40,137 nucleotides of DNA from a virus (Duplodnaviria; Caudoviricetes), in the IMG/VR virus record IMGVR_UViG_3300017700_000744, positions 1-40,137 of that record. The stretch is one strand, 5' to 3'. The position numbers and the translations under genes were made by a program. This document shows, in pieces, positions 1 to 8,824 of this stretch. Within the stretch, counting starts at the first letter, position 1; each line of letters opens with the position of its first letter. Below the pieces are notes generated by a model, which saw only the letters and a program-made list of their open reading frames with translations, was not told where the DNA came from and did not search any database.

Positions 1-123
1 TACCGATAGGGAAATTACGCAACAAGAATATCTTGCAATTGCAAATGGAACTGGGTTCTCTACTGGGGATACTATTCTCCTAATCATAATTGTAAATACT
101 CCAGACGGAACAATTGCTTCTCA
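1..123. repeat. Terminal direct repeat, left copy (probably circular-assembly overlap)
   Basis: Identical to 40015-40137; an ORF reads through the junction. Confidence 0.95.
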
Positions 124-898
124 AGTTTGGTATAATGCCACAACCGGCGCAACGATTGCTGCGCCTTCTCTTTCTGATTTAGAGCCTTCCGGCTTGGACA
201 GAGATATTTTAGATGCGCTCAATCTTGCAAATTCTTATTTGGTTGGGGCGGCTACAGAAGCTACCCTTTCCGCGATCAATGCAAAACTGGGTACACTCGG
301 CCAAAAAGCAATGGCGGGGTCTGCACCCGTTGTTATTGCGTCCGATCAGTCTACTTTACCCGTAAGTGCCGCCTCTCTTCCTCTCCCGACGGACGCCGCC
401 ACGGAAACAACTCTTTCCGCATTAAACGGCAAATTTGGATCTTTAGGCCAAAAGGCAATGGCTGGGAGTGCGCCCGTCGTCATTGCTTCTGATCAATCGA
501 CACTTGCTGTGAGTGCAGCATCATGGCCGCTACCGACAGGGGCAGCAACAGAAACAACACTTGCATCAATTCTTGCAGATACCTTCCCAAACACTACTCA
601 GTTATCTGATCCTGAAATTTTTTCTGAAGCTATAACTAGTGGGAATAATTCAGCCGCGCTAGTTACAGTTCCTACGGGTGGGAGTCGTAACCTCCAAGTA
701 ACCTCCAACTCTGGCCTAGAATATGCAATCATTCTGAACGGATCTTCCGGCGGAACCGACGGAACAGTAATTCAACAACTCGTAGCAGGTGAAACTTTTT
801 CAATTCCTTTTAAGTTGGCAGCAACTGCGACTCTCCGATTACGACCTACTAGTGGGAATATGACAACAATAGATAAAGTAAAGGTGGCGGTAAGCTAA
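1..898 (+). CDS. 3' part of a 385-aa virion/fiber-associated protein that starts at 39755 and wraps the junction
   Basis: Frame is open from base 2 into the listed 194..898 ORF; two 49-aa repeats (AATE.TL..LGQKAMAGSAPVVIASDQS..LPLPT); sits just before the tail fiber gene. Confidence 0.7.
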   Translation, partial: TDREITQQEYLAIANGTGFSTGDTILLIIIVNTPDGTIASQVWYNATTGATIAAPSLSDLEPSGLDRDILDALNLANSYLVGAATEATLSAINAKLGTLGQKAMAGSAPVVIASDQSTLPVSAASLPLPTDAATETTLSALNGKFGSLGQKAMAGSAPVVIASDQSTLAVSAASWPLPTGAATETTLASILADTFPNTTQLSDPEIFSEAITSGNNSAALVTVPTGGSRNLQVTSNSGLEYAIILNGSSGGTDGTVIQQLVAGETFSIPFKLAATATLRLRPTSGNMTTIDKVKVAVS

Positions 899-1902
899 TG
901 AGTGCTATTTATTTTAAAGGGCTATTTGCCAAACTTCTTCCGACTAGCGGTATTGAGTTTTCGGATAGCCGGGTTAAAACACAAACTACAGGCAATCCGA
1001 ACGGTAGTATTACGGCACCTGTCGGATCAGAATGCACAGATATTAGTTCTGGGAATTTGTATTTAAAACTATCTGGTTCAGGAAATACTGGTTGGGTAGC
1101 TATCCCGGTTACTACTCCAGCAGCCCCAACTGGGACTATAATCTCGCATATAAATTTTTCTTTAACAGATTATTTATACTGTGATGGGTCAGCAGTATCA
1201 AGAAGTACGTACAGTTCATTGCATAGCGCAATGCCTAAATCAAGTGCTACGGTGACGATGACAATCGCATCTCCTTGCGTTGTCACTTGGACTTCCAACG
1301 AGTTAACAACAGGAAGCCAGATTCAATTTTCTACAACTGGGGCACTGCCAACCGGAATCACCGCAGGGACTATATATTTCGTTAGAGTTGTTTCCGGCGG
1401 ATCGACTTTTAATTTATTCACTTCTTTGACCGCCGCAATGAATTTAGAGTCAACATCGGGTATAGTCAATACTTCTGGGTCTCAATCGGGGGTGCATACT
1501 GCTACCACCTATTTTTATGGAAATGGAGATGGGTCTACCACATTCAATGTTCCTGATTTGAGAGGTTTGACTCCACGGGGAATAGGGCAAACTGTTGCAT
1601 TCACTGGATTTAACCCTACTATAGGGATCGGAGAAATCACAAATGACCAATTCCAGGGATGGCAATTAGGTGCAACCCAAGATGGTACGGGATTACAAAA
1701 TTATTATGGGAGAGTGGGTAGTCGGGATACCACCAACAATTCAAGCGCACAGTTCGGGTTTACAGATTTATATATGCAGACTCTCGCTCAAGGGTCTGCA
1801 CTACAAATGAAAGCTGTAGATAATGGGATAAATGGGGCGCCTCGAACCGGATCAGAAACTCGTACAAAATCTTTGGGAGTTTATTTTCTCATCAAGACAT
1901 GA
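898..1902 (+). CDS. Tail fiber protein with phage tail-collar domain
   Basis: Collar motifs PTGTII, YLYCDGSAVSRSTYSSL and GDGSTTFNVPDLRG; C-terminal ETRTKSLGVYFLIK; G/S/T-rich. Confidence 0.85.
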   Translation: MSAIYFKGLFAKLLPTSGIEFSDSRVKTQTTGNPNGSITAPVGSECTDISSGNLYLKLSGSGNTGWVAIPVTTPAAPTGTIISHINFSLTDYLYCDGSAVSRSTYSSLHSAMPKSSATVTMTIASPCVVTWTSNELTTGSQIQFSTTGALPTGITAGTIYFVRVVSGGSTFNLFTSLTAAMNLESTSGIVNTSGSQSGVHTATTYFYGNGDGSTTFNVPDLRGLTPRGIGQTVAFTGFNPTIGIGEITNDQFQGWQLGATQDGTGLQNYYGRVGSRDTTNNSSAQFGFTDLYMQTLAQGSALQMKAVDNGINGAPRTGSETRTKSLGVYFLIKT

Positions 1903-2165
1903 TTACCCCGGATACACAAGTTAAGCTTCCACTTAAAATAATAGTACCATTCGTTCTATCTGTTATATGGTGGGGAGTAGGATTCCTAAGTAATAATAAC
2001 ATAGACGCTTCGGAAATCATACAAATAAACCAAAAAATTGCAATCATGGAAGCTCAATCTAAAAATACAGTCGATGAACTCAGGATATTCCGTAAGGAGT
2101 ATCAAGATAACTCAAAAGAAACAAACAGAATTTTATTAGACATCTATAAATGGATGAAGAAATAA
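1899..2165 (+). CDS. Single-TM coiled-coil membrane protein (holin-like candidate)
   Basis: Hydrophobic IIVPFVLSVIWWGVGFL followed by a helical tail; ATGA-coupled to the tail fiber gene. Confidence 0.45.
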   Translation: MITPDTQVKLPLKIIVPFVLSVIWWGVGFLSNNNIDASEIIQINQKIAIMEAQSKNTVDELRIFRKEYQDNSKETNRILLDIYKWMKK

Positions 2166-2326
2166 TGGTAAATAAATGCGAGACGATATAGAGCCTTATT
2201 CCACTATACTAGGAACCAATGAATCAAATCCAATATCTAGTGGGTTTCTGGAATACTGTAAATCAATATGTAAAATACCGCTCAACGAAATTAAACCAAC
2301 CGGTACAATAACAAAATATATAAATT

Positions 2327-2602
2327 TTAAAAAACAACAATAGGTTCAATGTAAATTAGTTTACATAAATAAGTTTTACATGTTTTGTTGTGTTCTCTAA
2401 GTTCGGATAGTTTATAATGTTTTGATTCAAGCTCCATTTTCACTGATGGGGCTATAAGTGTAGTAATGCCTACGGCTATTCTCAGATATGATTCTTCCGA
2501 TTGGGTGTTGGTAATTCGATCAAACTTAAACCAAAACTTTGGGGGCAGTTGTTTTGCCACCTGTTTCTTAAGAGCTTTCTCTAAAGATTTAAATGTTAAC
2601 AT
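2327..2602 (-). CDS. Hypothetical protein
   Basis: 91-aa ORF at the end of the leftward block; start uncertain because it overlaps a -10-like box. Confidence 0.4.
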   Translation of the reverse strand: MLTFKSLEKALKKQVAKQLPPKFWFKFDRITNTQSEESYLRIAVGITTLIAPSVKMELESKHYKLSELREHNKTCKTYLCKLIYIEPIVVF

Positions 2603-2624
2603 ATCGCATCACTTATTAGTTCAA

Positions 2625-2897
2625 TTAAATTGACACGCCATTTTCTATTTGCCTAGTCTCATAATCAATTGCAGCCTGTTCGCTAGCATGCATGAGCGAA
2701 AGCCATTTATTAGGGTTATATAAAGCTACTCCCATAATCTGCCAAATAATAGATTTCTGGAAACATTCCCAACAATCTATCAGATATAATCGATTAAGCG
2801 AATATTCCCCTAGGATATTAAGAATTAATTCGTAGTCATTTTCTAAAAGTTTTTTCTTTCTGATTATTCCGAATCGTTTATTTAGATTTATTTTCAT
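2625..2897 (-). CDS. Hypothetical protein
   Basis: ORF in the leftward operon; start moved to MKINLNK. Confidence 0.55.
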   Translation of the reverse strand: MKINLNKRFGIIRKKKLLENDYELILNILGEYSLNRLYLIDCWECFQKSIIWQIMGVALYNPNKWLSLMHASEQAAIDYETRQIENGVSI

Positions 2898-3315
2898 TTC
2901 TAATGATTTTCCTATACCATGCAATTAGAACTTTTAAGAAAAATTTACAATCTTGAGCAGGGATTTGTACAGAACTAAAATTTATTGATGTTTTGTCATC
3001 GAATGATAGCCACGCTCCCCGAATTGATGTACCCCATTCTGCCCTATTATGTAAGAAATGGGTGTTAATCATTTGTATGTATTTGCGATAGTTCTGATCA
3101 TTCTCACCAATATATTCAAAGTTCTTTTCAGTTAAAATAACATCTAAAACTTCCATCATGTTAATGGCATACTCTTCGCTCAATTCAGAATCATAGGTAA
3201 TGAAATCAAAAATAACATCCCCTATAAACTCAGAAACACTCATACCACCTGGAGAGGATTCGGAATAATCCGAATAAATTTTCTCTAAAATTTCAATATA
3301 ATGTTTTATCTTCAT
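2878..3315 (-). CDS. Hypothetical protein
   Basis: GGAGG RBS before MKIKHY; contains EWGTSIRGAW. Confidence 0.7.
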   Translation of the reverse strand: MKIKHYIEILEKIYSDYSESSPGGMSVSEFIGDVIFDFITYDSELSEEYAINMMEVLDVILTEKNFEYIGENDQNYRKYIQMINTHFLHNRAEWGTSIRGAWLSFDDKTSINFSSVQIPAQDCKFFLKVLIAWYRKIIRNENKSK

Positions 3316-3381
3316 TTTGAGCCTCCGAATATCTTTGTCCTTCTTCAAACATAAGAACCCATTCATGAAAATTAAATAGGT

Positions 3382-3600
3382 CTATTTCGGTTGGTTCTGT
3401 TTCTTCCATGATTTTATCCAATTCCATAGCTTTTCGTACCAATATAAATCCCTACATGCTAGCGCAAGTTCAATGATAGGAGTCATATCATAATAACATT
3501 TAAGCTCATAACCATTAGATTGATCAAGGCCCCTAAAAAATTCATTCAATGCCTTATTAAAGGCAGTTGGGTCTTCTGTATTATCTTTATTTTCTTCCAT
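3382..3600 (-). CDS. Hypothetical protein
   Basis: Start overlaps the upstream stop (TAATG). Confidence 0.6.
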   Translation of the reverse strand: MEENKDNTEDPTAFNKALNEFFRGLDQSNGYELKCYYDMTPIIELALACRDLYWYEKLWNWIKSWKKQNQPK

Positions 3601-3896
3601 TACCAAGCCCAATCTGGGATATATTTCTCAAGAGAATTGTTTTCAAATCTATTCTCATCTAACTCTTTCCGAAGAGCTTCTTTATGGAGCTCTATATGCT
3701 TTATATACGCGTCACTTATGATTTGCATAGGAGTTTCATAAAGGCTTATATATTCTTTAGTAGTTGGAACATTCTGCATTCCTCGTAATTCTGCGGCGTT
3801 TATATTGCTATATTGACGATTATTCGTATTCAACATTTTTTGAGCTTCCGCAGGACTTACATATCTTTGTTGCTGCATACTATAAAATATATTCAT
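3600..3896 (-). CDS. Hypothetical protein
   Basis: GGGAG RBS; ATGA coupling. Confidence 0.65.
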   Translation of the reverse strand: MNIFYSMQQQRYVSPAEAQKMLNTNNRQYSNINAAELRGMQNVPTTKEYISLYETPMQIISDAYIKHIELHKEALRKELDENRFENNSLEKYIPDWAW

Positions 3897-4105
3897 CTTA
3901 AAAACTCCCTATCTAATTCTAGTTCATTCAGTATCCTATGAGCTTCTTGGTATGAAGCATCCTTAAGAGAGATTACCCCAGCCCTATCTTTTATTTCTTT
4001 TGTGTATTGTGGTATAGGGTTGCCTGTAATGTCTACAATCTCCTCAATCAGAGCACGGATTTTGCGCATTTGATCAGGGAGAATGTAGAGTTTTTTTTCT
4101 TTCAC
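3893..4105 (-). CDS. Hypothetical protein
   Basis: Tightly packed operon ORF with GTG start. Confidence 0.6.
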   Translation of the reverse strand: MKEKKLYILPDQMRKIRALIEEIVDITGNPIPQYTKEIKDRAGVISLKDASYQEAHRILNELELDREFLR

Positions 4106-4107
4106 TT

Positions 4108-4323
4108 TCAGCTCGTTTTAAATAATAAGAGACCTTGCATTACAAATTTTACTGGGAATCTAACCCCTACGAAATATCCTAATCCAAGTAGTAGCCCCAA
4201 ATCATACAACGGTTTGTCAGGTCTTTCCGGGATAAGACTTTGTGCATAAGGTATAAATTGCGTAAACACAAAATAAGATATTACACAGCCTATCAGTATA
4301 AACAAAAGCCCTACAGTTTTCAT
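4108..4323 (-). CDS. Two-TM small membrane protein
   Basis: Two hydrophobic stretches; ATGA coupling. Confidence 0.6.
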   Translation of the reverse strand: MKTVGLLFILIGCVISYFVFTQFIPYAQSLIPERPDKPLYDLGLLLGLGYFVGVRFPVKFVMQGLLLFKTS

Positions 4324-4754
4324 GCAGCGGGCTCTGCGATAGGTGCAGCTTTTGGTTTACGTGGTGCGCGTTTCCTTGGAGTAACTGTTTTCTTTGGAGC
4401 GGCTTTTTTACCAGACTTACGGGTTCTAGTTTTCTTCACAGGCATTCCAGCCCAAACGGTTTTGATTTCCTTATACGCATCAATTAGAAATTGTGGTATG
4501 AATGCCAGTAATAGGATGGCGATAGTTTTTAAAAATTTTTGTAACATTTTGTTTTCCTCTTTGTCAGATGTTTTAATAGTCTTTAAAATGTGCAAGCATT
4601 TATTAATGCTTATGATTTGCCCACGAAGAAAAGCAATAATATTAAGAAGAGCAAGCGCGCCTAAAACTTTGGAAGTTGGTAAATTTATTTCCAACGCTTT
4701 AAAAAATAGCCCGCTCCATATTATTGAGTTAGAAAGTAAAACTAAATCTTTCAT
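4320..4754 (-). CDS. Membrane protein with K/A/P/R-rich histone-like tail; possible second start at 4547
   Basis: Hydrophobic segments then KKTRTRKSGKKAAPKKTVTPRKRAPRKPKAA; internal GAGG RBS before the ATG at 4547. Confidence 0.6.
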   Translation of the reverse strand: MKDLVLLSNSIIWSGLFFKALEINLPTSKVLGALALLNIIAFLRGQIISINKCLHILKTIKTSDKEENKMLQKFLKTIAILLLAFIPQFLIDAYKEIKTVWAGMPVKKTRTRKSGKKAAPKKTVTPRKRAPRKPKAAPIAEPAA

Positions 4755-5266
4755 ATAAAATCCCCTCTAAATGTTTTTTTGTTTTGTTCGTCCAGCATAT
4801 CATAAGCCTTGACAGCAAGTTCTTGTGTAGAGAAATAAACTAAATGTGGCATATCACTATGATAGACGACCCCCGCATTAACTTTATGACAAGGTGTATC
4901 ACAATAAAGATAATAATTGGGAACATCACAAAGAAATCGCCCTCCTTTTTCTGGATCTATCGTAAGAGCTATACGTTTTAATTGATTAAATAAACGTATT
5001 TGTTTAGCGTGGGTTTCTGCTATATTTTGCTCTGCTTTTTTAAAATAGTTACCAAAACCTATACGTTCGAAATCTGCGGGATGAGCTGAAATTACATATT
5101 TGTCTATTTCCCCCCAGCTAGTCACAAAACGAATTTCTTCTCCATTGGCTGGTTTCCAAACACCGTCACTATCATGTGAAATTCTACTTTCTATTTCTTT
5201 AATTTTAGCAGTAGCTTGTTCTAGTATCTTACGTTGTTGTTCTATTTCTTCTCTTAAGTTGCTCAT
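4751..5266 (-). CDS. Hypothetical phage protein with N-terminal coiled coil
   Basis: AGGAG RBS; WKP..GE, GNYFK and VYFST.E.A motifs seen in phage early proteins. Confidence 0.75.
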   Translation of the reverse strand: MSNLREEIEQQRKILEQATAKIKEIESRISHDSDGVWKPANGEEIRFVTSWGEIDKYVISAHPADFERIGFGNYFKKAEQNIAETHAKQIRLFNQLKRIALTIDPEKGGRFLCDVPNYYLYCDTPCHKVNAGVVYHSDMPHLVYFSTQELAVKAYDMLDEQNKKTFRGDFI

Positions 5267-5278
5267 TTAAAACTCCTA

Positions 5279-5533
5279 CTATCCATCTCCATATCCATCT
5301 CCATATCCAGATCCAGATCCATATCCAGATCCAGATCCATCTCCATATCCATCTCCATATCCAGATCCAGATCCATATCCAGATCCAGATCCAGATCCAG
5401 ATCCAGATCCATATCCAGATCCAGATCCATCTCCATCTCCATATCCATCTCCATATCCAGATCCAGATCCAGATCCATCTCCAGATCCATATCCAGATCC
5501 ATATCCATATCCAGGATTTATTCTTGTGTCCAT
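5279..5533 (-). CDS. Gly/Ser/Tyr/Asp-rich repeat protein
   Basis: (G-S/Y/D)n translation; overlaps the upstream gene end; such proteins typically follow DUF6948-like genes. Confidence 0.65.
   Translation of the reverse strand: MDTRINPGYGYGSGYGSGDGSGSGSGYGDGYGDGDGSGSGYGSGSGSGSGSGYGSGSGYGDGYGDGSGSGYGSGSGYGDGYGDG
5281..5513. repeat. Hexanucleotide tandem array (ATCCAG/ATCCAT/CTCCAT)
   Basis: About 39 consecutive 6-bp units read directly. Confidence 0.95.
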
Positions 5534-5892
5534 ACCTTTACGCTCTCTATAGAATTTTTAGATGCTTCGGTTACGGATAAAATCTCTATTACCTGCGTAA
5601 GTTGTGTCAATGCGACCTCTCGCGTAAATTTACAGTTTTGTGGTTTTTTAGTTCCTATAGTTGCTAAATCAGAGAGACTATTAGCTCCGTCCCAATACCA
5701 AAGTCTCCGAGCGTTGACCAAGGTAGCCTCCATCCCGCTTCGATCTTTTACATATCCCGCAAAAACCCCCGCCGAATATGTTCTTACAATACAATAGTCC
5801 ATTCCTTCAAATTTTTGCGCATCTTTTGGGATGCTATCTTTAGGAACGTAAGTTACACCTTCAATTACCATTTCGTCAATTCTTGTCTTCAT
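5518..5892 (-). CDS. DUF6948-like phage protein
   Basis: YCIVRTYSAGVFAG and LVNARRLWYWDGANSLSDLA motifs; AAGGAG RBS. Confidence 0.7.
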   Translation of the reverse strand: MKTRIDEMVIEGVTYVPKDSIPKDAQKFEGMDYCIVRTYSAGVFAGYVKDRSGMEATLVNARRLWYWDGANSLSDLATIGTKKPQNCKFTREVALTQLTQVIEILSVTEASKNSIESVKVWTQE

Positions 5893-5909
5893 TCTATTAT
5901 CTCCTTAGT

Positions 5910-5945
5910 TTTACCTTAATTTATTTATCTGAATAAAAACGTCAA
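5910..5945 (-). promoter_or_regulatory. Leftward promoter-like site TTGACG-N16-TAAATT (repeated element, copy 1)
   Basis: 31/36 identical to 10734-10769. Confidence 0.65.
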
Positions 5946-6280
5946 GCCTTTGCTCTTAATCTTTTAAATATTGCATCCGATTCTTCCTGTGTGGTTTGTG
6001 ACCTGTCATCAAGAATAGTGTGGCAATGCTCACAAGCTAAAACTGTTTCGTAAAATGATGCTAGCTCTTCTACTGTTTTGTAAAATCGTCGCTTCTTTCT
6101 GTGCGCACGAGCAATAAATAGATTGTTACATCCTGTAAATTTCAGTTCACAGAAAGAAGGGTAGTTTTCGTATATTTTATCTAGTCTTAAATTAGCTTCG
6201 GCATTTATTTTAGTTTTATTAATTCCACGAACTTTTGTTGGTTTGGGGATTGGTTGTAGGTTACGAAGATAGTTCGCCAT
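5942..6280 (-). CDS. HNH-like/zinc-binding protein
   Basis: CEL...GC, AHR and LACEHCH motifs. Confidence 0.55.
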   Translation of the reverse strand: MANYLRNLQPIPKPTKVRGINKTKINAEANLRLDKIYENYPSFCELKFTGCNNLFIARAHRKKRRFYKTVEELASFYETVLACEHCHTILDDRSQTTQEESDAIFKRLRAKA

Positions 6281-6594
6281 TAAATTAGTCTTGGTTCCGA
6301 TATATCTTTTTTTTGATTTCGTGTTACCCGTGCAGTATTAGCATGATGTTTTGCATCATACCGTAAATGACATCTTTGGCAAAGTGCAACTAAGTTTTCA
6401 TCATTGCAATTCTCAGGAGTGTGGTCAAGGTGCGCAACGGTTAGGACTACTTTTGATCCAGTGATTGGATGCGGTTCATAATTAATTGCAAAACACCACT
6501 CGCACCTACCCCCGGCTCGTTCGAATCGAATTCGATGGGAAATTTGTTTCCAATCTTTTGGATATCTAGCTTTGTTTTCCGGTTTTATTGGCAT
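6280..6594 (-). CDS. HNH endonuclease-family protein
   Basis: RCEWC, VLTVAHLDHTPENC and NLVALCQRCH. Confidence 0.85.
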   Translation of the reverse strand: MPIKPENKARYPKDWKQISHRIRFERAGGRCEWCFAINYEPHPITGSKVVLTVAHLDHTPENCNDENLVALCQRCHLRYDAKHHANTARVTRNQKKDISEPRLI

Positions 6595-6604
6595 TATGAT
6601 TGCG

Positions 6605-6853
6605 TTAAATTATTAGATCTTTATGGCTCGGTAGAAACATGGATTTAGGCAAAACTCTTCCACAGTTCACACATTTAAAAATCAGATGATGCCCTGGTAA
6701 GCCATTAGCGTCAAAGTCACCATAAAATACCCCGACTCGGTGTAGATGATGATCTGCAAAAGCCGGATTTTTACATTCAGCCTTGGTTCCAATTGGTGCA
6801 GAATACCCTCGGTCTGGGATAAGAACTTGCTTAGTTTCAAAATCGAATGTCAT
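6605..6853 (-). CDS. Hypothetical Cys/His-containing protein
   Basis: KCVNCG motif; ATGA coupling. Confidence 0.55.
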   Translation of the reverse strand: MTFDFETKQVLIPDRGYSAPIGTKAECKNPAFADHHLHRVGVFYGDFDANGLPGHHLIFKCVNCGRVLPKSMFLPSHKDLII

Positions 6854-7215
6854 GTTTTGTTCCTTTTACAAGAGGCTTCGATGTTTTTATTGATTGTTCG
6901 ATACCCATCTATATCAAAAATTACATTTATATTGATTGGCGACTCATCTGTCATTTCATCAACTTTTTGAGTATTCCAAAATAAAGCATCTTGCAACTCT
7001 TCCAGTTCCTTTTTGTGGGCTTGGCGTTCGGATTCGAGTTGTGGGGCAATATTGTTTTCAAATATTTGTTTCATTCCCAAATACAAACTGTCTTTATATT
7101 CTTGGGTAAAATCTTTGTTTATCGGATCATTTGCAAACATATCTGGAGACGCGTAGTATCTATGATCCCAAGTCATACACATGTCTGATATTATTTTATG
7201 TTTTATCTCACTCAT
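6850..7215 (-). CDS. Hypothetical protein (partial paralog of 12331..12540)
   Basis: Shares KKELEELQDA and IEAS.KRN. Confidence 0.7.
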   Translation of the reverse strand: MSEIKHKIISDMCMTWDHRYYASPDMFANDPINKDFTQEYKDSLYLGMKQIFENNIAPQLESERQAHKKELEELQDALFWNTQKVDEMTDESPININVIFDIDGYRTINKNIEASCKRNKT

Positions 7216-7427
7216 TCTTTCTTCTCCAGCGGTGTAACATTGACTATTTTATAATTCACTGTCCCTTTGTCCTTGTGTTCTTCGCACCGATAGACAACTT
7301 TGCTTTGCCTGTTTGTGGTTCTCGCTCCGCTTCTAGGAATTAAAATAACTTCATGCGTAGCCAGATTTTTACACCTTGCTTGCCCATCGAAGAAATTAGC
7401 TTCTCCAAATTTTTTCTGACACCTCAT
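7212..7427 (-). CDS. Hypothetical Cys-containing protein
   Basis: GGAG RBS; ATGA coupling at both ends. Confidence 0.65.
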   Translation of the reverse strand: MRCQKKFGEANFFDGQARCKNLATHEVILIPRSGARTTNRQSKVVYRCEEHKDKGTVNYKIVNVTPLEKKE

Positions 7428-7753
7428 TCTTTTTTCTCCACTAGTTTGGGGAGGTTGGATTCGAAATCACTCTGGTACAAAATAGATGGGTGCTCGCTAT
7501 CAGTTGTTTTAGAACACTCTATAAACAATTCTTCATTGTAACCCGGGTCATTGACCATAAACTCTTTACGTATCTCATCTAAAAACTTTCTTTCGTTAGG
7601 TGTGCAGGTAGGACGGTTGGCAAGCCATAGAACAAAAGCATCTTTAAAGGCGCGGAGAGGGAACCCTTCTTCATCAATATATTCGTATTTTGCGCTATTC
7701 TTTGTTTCTTTTTCGTATTGTTTTATTAATTCTGTTAGTTTGTTATCTTCCAT
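7424..7753 (-). CDS. Hypothetical protein, PTCTPNERKFLDEIR family copy 1
   Basis: AAGGAG RBS; paralogs at 12537 and 17857. Confidence 0.8.
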   Translation of the reverse strand: MEDNKLTELIKQYEKETKNSAKYEYIDEEGFPLRAFKDAFVLWLANRPTCTPNERKFLDEIRKEFMVNDPGYNEELFIECSKTTDSEHPSILYQSDFESNLPKLVEKKE

Positions 7754-7755
7754 TG

Positions 7756-7962
7756 TTAGGCTCCTTTTCGCCTACGGTAAAATTCTTTCACTACTGGTTT
7801 CAAAACTTCTATGTCTTCTTCTGCTATCCCAATTTTTCGCATTTTAGAAATTGGCATTGCGCAACCGCCAAAAACATCTTTTGCGATCGTTGGTTCATCG
7901 TGAGTTCGAAGTATTTCAGCCGTGGCACATAAATAACCCTTCTCAAATTCATGCCCAAGCAT
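7756..7962 (-). CDS. Hypothetical protein
   Basis: GAGGG RBS; operon packing. Confidence 0.65.
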   Translation of the reverse strand: MLGHEFEKGYLCATAEILRTHDEPTIAKDVFGGCAMPISKMRKIGIAEEDIEVLKPVVKEFYRRRKGA

Positions 7963-8146
7963 TCTTCCCTCTCTTCTTTGGTTGTATAGGTGTTATGCGG
8001 ACTTTGACTGGCCGTAAATCATCAGGGCTACGCAAAAGCGTATCTATAATCAATTGACACCCTCTTTTGGTTAAGCTACCGGTTTTAGGTCTCCATTTCT
8101 TCTTCGGATGCCACGCCATCCACGTTGTTTCACTTTTAGGGGTCAT
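7949..8146 (-). CDS. Hypothetical protein (paralog of 13349..13549)
   Basis: Shares MT.KSET.WMAW and DDL.PV.V.ITPIQPKKRGK. Confidence 0.75.
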   Translation of the reverse strand: MTPKSETTWMAWHPKKKWRPKTGSLTKRGCQLIIDTLLRSPDDLRPVKVRITPIQPKKRGKNAWA

Positions 8147-8355
8147 AGATTTAATTCCTTATTAATTGCGCCCAAAACATATTTTGCAAAGTTATCTTGT
8201 TTACTTGGACCTCGCTCAAGGTATTGAAAATGACCCCAGCCTCTAATTTGCATTACAATTACATTATTTGAATCCAATATGTAATTACCGGATTCTTCTA
8301 ATTTAAACGGAGGCTTTAGTTTGCATGATTTTACATAATCACTAAATTCGCTCAT
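8143..8355 (-). CDS. Hypothetical protein
   Basis: QIRGWGHFQY motif; ATGA coupling. Confidence 0.65.
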   Translation of the reverse strand: MSEFSDYVKSCKLKPPFKLEESGNYILDSNNVIVMQIRGWGHFQYLERGPSKQDNFAKYVLGAINKELNL

Positions 8356-8567
8356 ATCCCCATATCTCCCATTTTATTTCGCGTGTAATCGATTGCCGCA
8401 CGCATCCGTGTTAGGTGCTCTTGTGAATATCGTTCTCGTAGTTTGCGCCGCTCCTCTTCTGTCATCCCCGGAGTGATATACTTACGATCCAATTGGGAAA
8501 TTTTACGAGTATCAAATCCCTGGAGATCGCCTTGTTTTTTAAGTTCGGATAGGAATTGATTTTTCAT
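8352..8567 (-). CDS. Hypothetical protein
   Basis: ATGA-coupled start MKNQF. Confidence 0.6.
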   Translation of the reverse strand: MKNQFLSELKKQGDLQGFDTRKISQLDRKYITPGMTEEERRKLRERYSQEHLTRMRAAIDYTRNKMGDMGI

Positions 8568-8824
8568 TTCATCAGCTCCCATCCGAAATCAAAGTAATCT
8601 TCTTTAGGTTGTTTTTTCTTGTGGTCTTCCCAACCTTTTTCGTAGGCTTTTTGATGGATCTTTTTCAGTTTCGAATTCATCTCATTGTTTAAGTGGATTG
8701 CCCTAAGTGTGGAATCGATTACGTCGAGATCATTTCTCAAATCATATGATCTTTCCCCAAGCAATGACCCATAGTTTATATCGATCTGTAATTTTTTGCC
8801 GTCCCAGTTAAATTTAATCATCAC
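8564..8824 (-). CDS. Hypothetical protein (N-terminus similar to 13880..14107)
   Basis: MIKFNWDGKK versus MIKFKWSGKK. Confidence 0.65.
   Translation of the reverse strand: MMIKFNWDGKKLQIDINYGSLLGERSYDLRNDLDVIDSTLRAIHLNNEMNSKLKKIHQKAYEKGWEDHKKKQPKEDYFDFGWELMK

Noticed and set aside
1-123. Biological terminal repeat
   Set aside because: The repeat falls mid-gene far from the packaging region, so an assembly overlap is more likely; reads are needed to decide
898-1902. Diversity-generating retroelement or invertible tail-fiber cassette
   Set aside because: No reverse transcriptase, invertase or second copy of the fiber 3' end was seen
5263-5508. MDLD-repeat ORF as the main product
   Set aside because: The Gly-rich frame fits the usual gene pairing and the downstream gene has its own RBS; kept only as a possibility
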